From Capsulimonadales bacterium (GTDB taxonomy: Bacteria > Armatimonadota > Armatimonadia > Armatimonadales > Armatimonadaceae), in contig JANRLW010000064.1 of the NCBI GenBank assembly GCA_033762295.1, forward strand, positions 64,001 through 128,000: 64,000 nucleotides of DNA, given 5' to 3'. Below are positions 58,119 to 64,000 of this stretch, piece by piece. Each line of letters opens with the position of its first letter. The first letter of the stretch is position 1. The notes beneath the pieces were generated by a model. It saw only the letters and a list, made by a program, of their open reading frames with translations. It was not told the DNA's origin and did no database searches. Position numbers and translations under genes: made by a program.

Positions 58119-59231
58119 CTACGGAGTTTTCGGAGCGGCGACCGGCGCGGATTCCGGCGCGGTTCCGGCGGGCGGGGCGGTCAGTGCGCCACCCGTCAGG
58201 GGCGCGACCGGCGCGGTTTTGCCCGCGCCCGCCTCCTCGGCGTTCTTGCGCAGCGCGTCCCAGACGACGGAGTAGGTCTTGTCGGTCGGCTCGAACTTCG
58301 CCGCCAATTTTTTCGCCACGATCTCGTTGCGGGCGTTCTGGTTCGCGGGTTCGGCCAGCTTCAGCGTTACCAACTGGCGCTTGATCAACGGAACGGCATC
58401 ATCCGGGTTGATATTGTAAGCCGGGATTTTGTGTTCGATCTTGACCCAGGCGACCGCTTTCGGCTGGTTGGGAAGGGCGAAATCGACCGGTCCGAAGAAC
58501 TCGCCGTCTTTCCTCTGTTGCACCATCGCCTGATACTTCTGCCCGAGGGAACTGACCGGCTGGGGCTGGGCGATCAGACCGCCGGTCGCCCGGAGGGCGG
58601 GCGGGTTGATCTGTTTGGCGACCTCGTCGAAGGGCGTGCTCTTGATCAGCTCCTGAGCTTGTTTGAAGTCGGCGGAATTGGGCGCGACCAGAATCAACCG
58701 GAGCTGAACCCGGGCCGGAAGCCCGACATTTCCGGCGCGCTGATAGGCTTCACGGACTTCCTTATCCCCGATTTTCAGCTTCTGGGCGTAAAGGTTTGCC
58801 TCGGCCAGCTGAAACTTCATATCGGCTTTGACCTCTTCGGGCGAGGTCCCCTGCTCTTTCATCGAGGCTTCGTAGGACTTGCCGGGGGCCTGGTTTTCGA
58901 AGAGGCTCTTCTGCAGGTTGTAGTAGCTCTCCACTTCCTTATCGGACGGAACGGCATTGGCTTTGGCCGCTTCCGAGAGGATCACCTGCTTACCGATCAG
59001 CTGATCGATAACCAGCCGTTCGGCGTTAATGGCCTGCCCGTTGGGCAGCGCGACATTCTGCCGTTCCAGCGCGTGGATGTATTCGGCCTGGGTGACGGTG
59101 ACACCGTCGATCCGGGCGAAGGTCGGTTCCGTAGCGCAGCCGAACGTGGAGAAAGCGCCCAGCGCGAGCGCTCCACCCAGAGCGACCCGCAGACCGACAG
59201 GTTGGCTGATGTTCCGATTAAACTTCTTCAT
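58119..59231 (-). CDS. SurA/PrsA-like foldase lipoprotein
   Basis: FSTFGC lipobox; ARIDGVTVT, DQLIGKQVILSEA, degenerate parvulin region (VQLRLILV, FDEVAKQ). Confidence 0.75.
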   Translation of the reverse strand: MKKFNRNISQPVGLRVALGGALALGAFSTFGCATEPTFARIDGVTVTQAEYIHALERQNVALPNGQAINAERLVIDQLIGKQVILSEAAKANAVPSDKEVESYYNLQKSLFENQAPGKSYEASMKEQGTSPEEVKADMKFQLAEANLYAQKLKIGDKEVREAYQRAGNVGLPARVQLRLILVAPNSADFKQAQELIKSTPFDEVAKQINPPALRATGGLIAQPQPVSSLGQKYQAMVQQRKDGEFFGPVDFALPNQPKAVAWVKIEHKIPAYNINPDDAVPLIKRQLVTLKLAEPANQNARNEIVAKKLAAKFEPTDKTYSVVWDALRKNAEEAGAGKTAPVAPLTGGALTAPPAGTAPESAPVAAPKTP

Positions 59232-59448
59232 TTCTGCCCCCACCCGGTTCCCACCGGGTGTACAATACCTGATAATGTCCGTTCAGGGATAGGAATAATT
59301 GGGAATCAAGATCTGAGGACGCGAGAAAATCATCCGATAAAGTTCGGTCGCGGCCTCCGCTTCATGTACGGGATCGTTTTGCGGAGAATTCCCAAATAGG
59401 GACTATTTGCTCGGGAAAAGATAACTCCGATCGCCATTCGACCGCGAC

Positions 59449-59478
59449 ATCCTACCATGCGGTCCCCGGACGTGTCAA
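59449..59478 (-). promoter_or_regulatory. sigma70 promoter for the foldase-mazG unit
   Basis: TTGACA-18 nt-TAGGAT with extended -10 TG. Confidence 0.6.
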
Positions 59479-59515
59479 CGCGGGACCGCCCGGTCGGACG
59501 GTCCCGCGTTGACAC
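59472..59515. repeat. perfect 17-bp inverted repeat
   Basis: GTGTCAACGCGGGACCG-N10-CGGTCCCGCGTTGACAC. Confidence 0.85.
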
Positions 59516-59562
59516 CGGTGGAACTCCCGGTTCCCGGTTCCCGGGGCTGTTTCACGGGGCGA

Positions 59563-60063
59563 TTACATCAAGTTGGCCGCGCCGAAGTTGACGGCGAACC
59601 GTTTGCACCAGATACTGACCGACCGGTAGCGGGCCAGGTCGACGTCCGCCGGAAGTTCGTAGTTCTGATCGCCGATATTGCCCTTGATCGTTCCGAGATC
59701 GAGGTAATTTCCGGCATTGATGGTTTTGTTGTCCTTACCGTCGGCTCCGGCGACGAGGTAAACCCGGACATCCGGGCCGTTGGACGTATGAAAATCGGTA
59801 AAACGAAGGAATTTTTTGCCCCCGACCTCGACGACCTCCGCTTTGCCGGCGGTTTGATGGGCCAGCGCGGTGAAAGAACCGGTGAGCAGCGCTTTCGGTT
59901 CGGCGGCGACCGCAGCGGCGGGCGGCAGCGATTCGTTCACGGTCCGATTGACGAAAAGCAGTTCGGGGCGGAACAGAGCCCAGAGAATCGCCAGAACCGG
60001 AAGGGCAAGAACGATCAGAAGGCGACGATTTTTGAACGGCGAGACTTGGTTGGTATTTTCCAT
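59563..60063 (-). CDS. DM13 domain protein, membrane-anchored
   Basis: FRPELLF..TVNE, HQTAG, NGPDVRVYL, LKG-like IKGNIGDQNY, IWCKRFAVNFG. Confidence 0.92.
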   Translation of the reverse strand: MENTNQVSPFKNRRLLIVLALPVLAILWALFRPELLFVNRTVNESLPPAAAVAAEPKALLTGSFTALAHQTAGKAEVVEVGGKKFLRFTDFHTSNGPDVRVYLVAGADGKDNKTINAGNYLDLGTIKGNIGDQNYELPADVDLARYRSVSIWCKRFAVNFGAANLM

Positions 60064-60165
60064 GGAATTTCCCCTTGGCGTTCGGTACGGATGCGTGAGG
60101 TCGTGAAATCGAGGCGGGAAGGTGAGGCAGGGGCCTTTTCCGGTCCCCTGCCGCGGGAATCGTGG

Positions 60166-60627
60166 TTACTGTTTGGCGGCGAGCGGCGCGGTGCCGAAGT
60201 TGACGGAGAACTTATCGCACCAGATGGTCACGGCACGATACTTCCAGAGATCGATGTTTGCCGGAACCGCGTAGGTCTGAACGCCTTTCCGCATCTTGAG
60301 TTTGCCAAGGTCCAGGAATCCCGACTTCTTGACGCTGGCATTGTCCCGGGCATCACCGGCCGCGACGAGGAAAACATGCAGGGCCGGGCCATCCGCCGTG
60401 GCGAAGTTTTCGAGCTTCAGCTCCCGCGTTCCGTCCGGCTTTTCGAAAATGGTCGCAGTTCCGGACGTTTTATGCGTCACCATCCGGAATTTTCCGGTGG
60501 TAACGAGAACGGAGCTGCTCATTTTCGAAGTGTTGGACATTTTATCCTGGGCATTCACCGGCGCATTCACCATCAGAAGCGCGGAAAAGAGGCCGAAGAT
60601 CGTTGCGGAGAGAAGTTTCTTGTTCAT
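60166..60627 (-). CDS. DM13 domain protein, signal peptide
   Basis: HKTSGTA, DGPALHVFL, DLGKLK, IWCDKFSVNFG. Confidence 0.92.
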   Translation of the reverse strand: MNKKLLSATIFGLFSALLMVNAPVNAQDKMSNTSKMSSSVLVTTGKFRMVTHKTSGTATIFEKPDGTRELKLENFATADGPALHVFLVAAGDARDNASVKKSGFLDLGKLKMRKGVQTYAVPANIDLWKYRAVTIWCDKFSVNFGTAPLAAKQ

Positions 60628-60678
60628 TTTCAATTCCTTTTGTTGATTTTTTGAGGATTTATCCTCGCACGCCGTATC

Positions 60679-60713
60679 AACGAATGGCGATATGGAAAAA
60701 GTTCGGTCGCGGC
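60679..60713 (-). promoter_or_regulatory. ECF-sigma-like promoter upstream of the DM13 pair
   Basis: GAAC-18 nt-CGTT (GAACTTTTT...CATTCGTT). Confidence 0.45.
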
Positions 60714-60794
60714 AAAAATCAAAAGGAAAATTTCCCGGTCAGGAATCCGTTGCCGAGTGTCGTTCGAACGGAGTTCTCTAACCGAACGGAGGCT

Positions 60795-61478
60795 ATGCGG
60801 AAAATGAGGAATGTCAGTGAGAAAACGAAGGGCGGTTACCTGAGCGTGCCGACATCGGGGGGCGGGCCGGGCCTGATCGTCCTGCCGTCGTGGTGGGGGT
60901 TGAATGCGTTTTTTACGGGTCTCTGCGATCGTTTCGCCGAGGCCGGCTTTGTCGCCCTGGCGCCCGACCCCTATGATGGGGCGGTTGCCGTGACGATCGA
61001 GGAAGCGGAGAAACTGAAGGACTCGCTGAACGAGGAGGCGACCTTAGGGCAGATTCTCGCGGCGGCCGACCATCTGCGAGGACATCCCGCGGTCGAAGGC
61101 GATTACCTGGGCGTCGTGGGCTTTTCTCTGGGCGCGCACTTCGCTTTACAATTCTCGGCGTCTCGCCCCGACGACGTCGCGGCGGTCGTGCTGTTCTATG
61201 GCCTGGGGGAGACGGACTTCACGGCGGTGCGGGCGGCCTTTCTCGGTCACTTCGCGGAGAACGACCCGTGGGAACCGATGGAGCACGTTCGCTGGCTGGA
61301 GGGGCAACTCCGCGCCGCCGGGCGGGAAGTGACGTTCCACATCTATCCGGGCGTAGGCCACTGGTTCCCGGAGGCGGACCGGCCCGACGCCTTCGATCCG
61401 GACGCCGCCCGGCTGGCCTGGGATCGGACGGTCGCGTTTCTGAACGACCGTCTCAAATCCGCAGACCGGGCCGGGTAG
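60795..61478 (+). CDS. dienelactone hydrolase family protein
   Basis: WWGLN, GFVALAPD, VGFSLG, LGHFAENDPW, YPGVGHWF, AWDRTVAF. Confidence 0.9.
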   Translation: MRKMRNVSEKTKGGYLSVPTSGGGPGLIVLPSWWGLNAFFTGLCDRFAEAGFVALAPDPYDGAVAVTIEEAEKLKDSLNEEATLGQILAAADHLRGHPAVEGDYLGVVGFSLGAHFALQFSASRPDDVAAVVLFYGLGETDFTAVRAAFLGHFAENDPWEPMEHVRWLEGQLRAAGREVTFHIYPGVGHWFPEADRPDAFDPDAARLAWDRTVAFLNDRLKSADRAG

Positions 61479-61490
61479 CGCGGGTCGATT

Positions 61491-62999
61491 CTACTTGGCC
61501 GGGGACCAGGCAAGGTCGAGTTGCCGGGCGGCGGCGGCTTCGTCCAGACGGCGAACCGGGGCATGGTGAGGCGCATCCAGGATCACCTGCGGGTTCGTCT
61601 CCGCCTCTTCCGCGATCTTTTCGACGGCGGCGATGAAGGCGTCGATCGTTTCGCGGCTCTCCGTCTCGGTCGGTTCGATCATCAGGCACTCGGGAACGAT
61701 CAGCGGGAAGTACATGGTCGGCGGATGGTAGCCGTAGTCGATGATCCGCTTTGCGACGTCCAGCGCCTTGACGCCCTTTGCCTTTAACGCCTTCAGGGTG
61801 AACACACACTCGTGCATGCAGAGGCGATCATAGGCGACCGGGAAGGTTTGGCCCAGCCGGACACGCAGGTAGTTGGCATTGAGAACGGCGTTCTCGCTGA
61901 TTTCCCGCAGACGTTCCCGCCCGTAGTGCCGGATATAGGCGTAGGCGCGGACGACCGCAAGAAAAGCCCCGGCATACGGCCCGACCTTTCCGATGGTCAA
62001 CGGGCGTTCCGCCTCGGTCGCCAGAGCGAACGAGCCGTCGTCCCGCCGAATGGCGAACGGAACCGGCAGGAACGGCTCGAGTATCGCCCGAACGCCGACC
62101 GGACCGGAACCGGGGCCGCCGCCGCCATGCGGCACGGAAAACGTCTTATGCAGGTTGACATGCATGACGTCGAAGCCCATATCGCCGGGACGCGCCGTGC
62201 CGACCAGAGCGTTCATATTCGCGCCGTCGCAGTACATCAACCCGCCCGCCTCATGAACCAGATCGCTGATTTCGCGGATATCCTCCTCGAACAGTCCGAC
62301 GGTGTTGGGGTTGGTCAGCATAAACCCGGCGACGTTCCCGGCATGGGCCAGCAACTGCGCTTTCAGGTGCGCGACATCGACCAGACCGCGCGGGTCGGTA
62401 TTGACATCGACGCATTTATAGCCGCAGCGGGCGGCGGAAGCGGGGTTGGTGCCGTGCGCCGCGGTCGGAACGAGGACGATGGTCCGGTGACCTTCGCCCC
62501 GATGCTCATGGTAGGCGCGAATCAGCATCAGGCCCAGAAGTTCGCCATGCGCACCGGCGGCGGGCTGCAGAGAGACGGCATCCATCCCCAGAATCGCCGC
62601 CAGATTCGTCTGCATCCGATAGAGCAGTTCGATCGCGCCCTGGACCGTCTCCTCCGGCTGGTACGGGTGAACCCGGGAGAAACCGGGCATCAGGACCGCC
62701 TGATCGTTGATCTTCGGATTGTACTTCATCGTACAGGAACCGAGCGGGTAGAAGCCCTTGTCGACATTGTAGTTCAGCGACGAAAGGTGCATGAAATGAC
62801 GGACGACATCCGGCTCGGCCATCTCGGGGAGGGGCAGTTCGTCGCGGAGGGCGACGCCCGGAAGGAGATCGTCGATCGGCTGCTCGGGAACGTCACAGGC
62901 CGGCATCTGCGTCCCGACACGGCCGGGACGCGACAGTTCGAAAATCGTAGGCTCAATGGTCTTTTGAACGGGAGAATGGGTCGCGGGTGCGCTGCTCAT
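61491..62999 (-). CDS. gcvPB: glycine dehydrogenase (decarboxylating) subunit 2
   Basis: PLGSCTMKYNP, QPAAGAHGE, AHGTNPASA, NLHKTFSVPHGGGGPG, IEPTETES. Confidence 0.97.
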   Translation of the reverse strand: MSSAPATHSPVQKTIEPTIFELSRPGRVGTQMPACDVPEQPIDDLLPGVALRDELPLPEMAEPDVVRHFMHLSSLNYNVDKGFYPLGSCTMKYNPKINDQAVLMPGFSRVHPYQPEETVQGAIELLYRMQTNLAAILGMDAVSLQPAAGAHGELLGLMLIRAYHEHRGEGHRTIVLVPTAAHGTNPASAARCGYKCVDVNTDPRGLVDVAHLKAQLLAHAGNVAGFMLTNPNTVGLFEEDIREISDLVHEAGGLMYCDGANMNALVGTARPGDMGFDVMHVNLHKTFSVPHGGGGPGSGPVGVRAILEPFLPVPFAIRRDDGSFALATEAERPLTIGKVGPYAGAFLAVVRAYAYIRHYGRERLREISENAVLNANYLRVRLGQTFPVAYDRLCMHECVFTLKALKAKGVKALDVAKRIIDYGYHPPTMYFPLIVPECLMIEPTETESRETIDAFIAAVEKIAEEAETNPQVILDAPHHAPVRRLDEAAAARQLDLAWSPAK

Positions 63000-63115
63000 G
63001 AATGGTCGCTTTTCTAGGTCGTGCCTCGTCGCACCGGAAAGTAGGAATCGGATTTCGGAACGCTCGAATTATACCCGATTTCGTCCTTTCGCCGGAAGAC
63101 CCTCCGGAACCGGGA

Positions 63116-64000
63116 CTACCGGGACTTTCGTTCGGCGTCCTCTTCGGAGCGAATCGTCGGAAACGGCCTTTTCCCTTTTGTCAGAGTGAACCAGTTGACG
63201 CGGTTGAGCCAGTAGTGATCCGGCCCGTCGATCCGGCTCCAGTCCAGCGCGACCGTCTTTTCATACCAGTACCGCTCCTGCGCCGTCATTTTCTCCGGTG
63301 ACGGGTTCCTTTCATCCAGGGGGATACGGTTGGGGACGTGCGTATAGGGTGTCAGGTCCGGCTTTTCGGCGAAACAGGTGGTGATCGGTTCCGCCATCGC
63401 GTCGAAGCGGTTCATCGGCTCGAGTCCCAGCATCAAACCGATCGAACGAAGCATGCTGGCGGTCGTATACAGATGGGAATCGACGAAGCGTCGTTTCGTA
63501 TACGGGCTGATCACGAAGTAGGGGACCCGATGACCGTCCACATGATCCGGCAGCGCCTGCCCGTCATCCTCGATGACGAAGATACAGGTATCTTTCCACT
63601 GCGGCGATTTCGTGATCCCCTCGACGACCCGCCCGAGAGCCAGATCGTTGTCGGCATGCATGGCGCGGGGAGTCGGGTACTCGGGGTTCAGCCCTTCGGT
63701 GTGATCGGCGGGCAGGCAGAGGATCATGAGATCGGGAACGGTGTCGGTCCGACTGTACTCACGGTACTCCTTCAGAAAGGCATCCGCCCGCGCCTGGTCG
63801 CTCTGAATCAACGGCCAGTACTGAACGGACGGGCAGATATAGGGCTTGAGCCCGGCGACCGTCGTATCGGCGGTGTAGGTGAATTTCTGGCCGCCGTTCT
63901 TCCGGTCCTCCCAGGCTTCGAACCAGTCCTTCGGGCGATACGGGGCGTATTTGGCGAGCCGGTCGTCGCAGTACTCGCCGTAGACCCGGATCTTCTTGCC
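63116..64000 (-). CDS. C-terminal part of a second YncE/phosphoesterase protein (5' end outside window)
   Basis: LPADHT, ADNDLALGR, IFVIEDDGQ..PDHVDGHR, YTTASMLR; similar to 35521-37974. Confidence 0.85.
   Translation of the reverse strand, partial: GKKIRVYGEYCDDRLAKYAPYRPKDWFEAWEDRKNGGQKFTYTADTTVAGLKPYICPSVQYWPLIQSDQARADAFLKEYREYSRTDTVPDLMILCLPADHTEGLNPEYPTPRAMHADNDLALGRVVEGITKSPQWKDTCIFVIEDDGQALPDHVDGHRVPYFVISPYTKRRFVDSHLYTTASMLRSIGLMLGLEPMNRFDAMAEPITTCFAEKPDLTPYTHVPNRIPLDERNPSPEKMTAQERYWYEKTVALDWSRIDGPDHYWLNRVNWFTLTKGKRPFPTIRSEEDAERKSR

Noticed and set aside
61117..61135. Ser instead of Cys nucleophile (GFSLG) in the dienelactone hydrolase
   Set aside because: Common variant in this alpha/beta hydrolase family.

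Overview
GC-rich, gene-dense bacterial chromosome segment with about 57 CDS. No rRNA, tRNA, CRISPR array, integrase or transposase was recognised. The prepilin/DUF1559 protein with the [34 protein letters not shown]...MYVQDYDE signature suggests Armatimonadota (inference). Core genes include nusA-ylxR-infB, msrB, queD-like, folE2, mazG, gcvPB and ldhA. There are many envelope and stress genes: USP, a ferritin-like pair, YsnF pair, DM13 pair, redoxin, a cytochrome b/Mo-oxidoreductase/MsrB cluster, and M50, M16 and metzincin proteases. Carbohydrate functions include ABC components, MDR and Gfo/Idh dehydrogenases and a GH44. The main leads are: (1) an exported GH44 whose catalytic nucleophile Glu appears replaced by Ala; (2) a structured ~200-nt leader with its own -10 in front of folE2 that fits no riboswitch class I recognise; (3) one carbohydrate ABC transporter apparently split over three loci with a fused permease; (4) a rimP-type leader hairpin kept upstream of nusA although rimP is absent; (5) an HTH/coiled-coil/HPD (J-domain-like) protein; (6) shared ECF-like promoter motifs and 11-bp-phased repeats upstream of the pilin-like gene. 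All family assignments are by eye from motifs; no searches were run.
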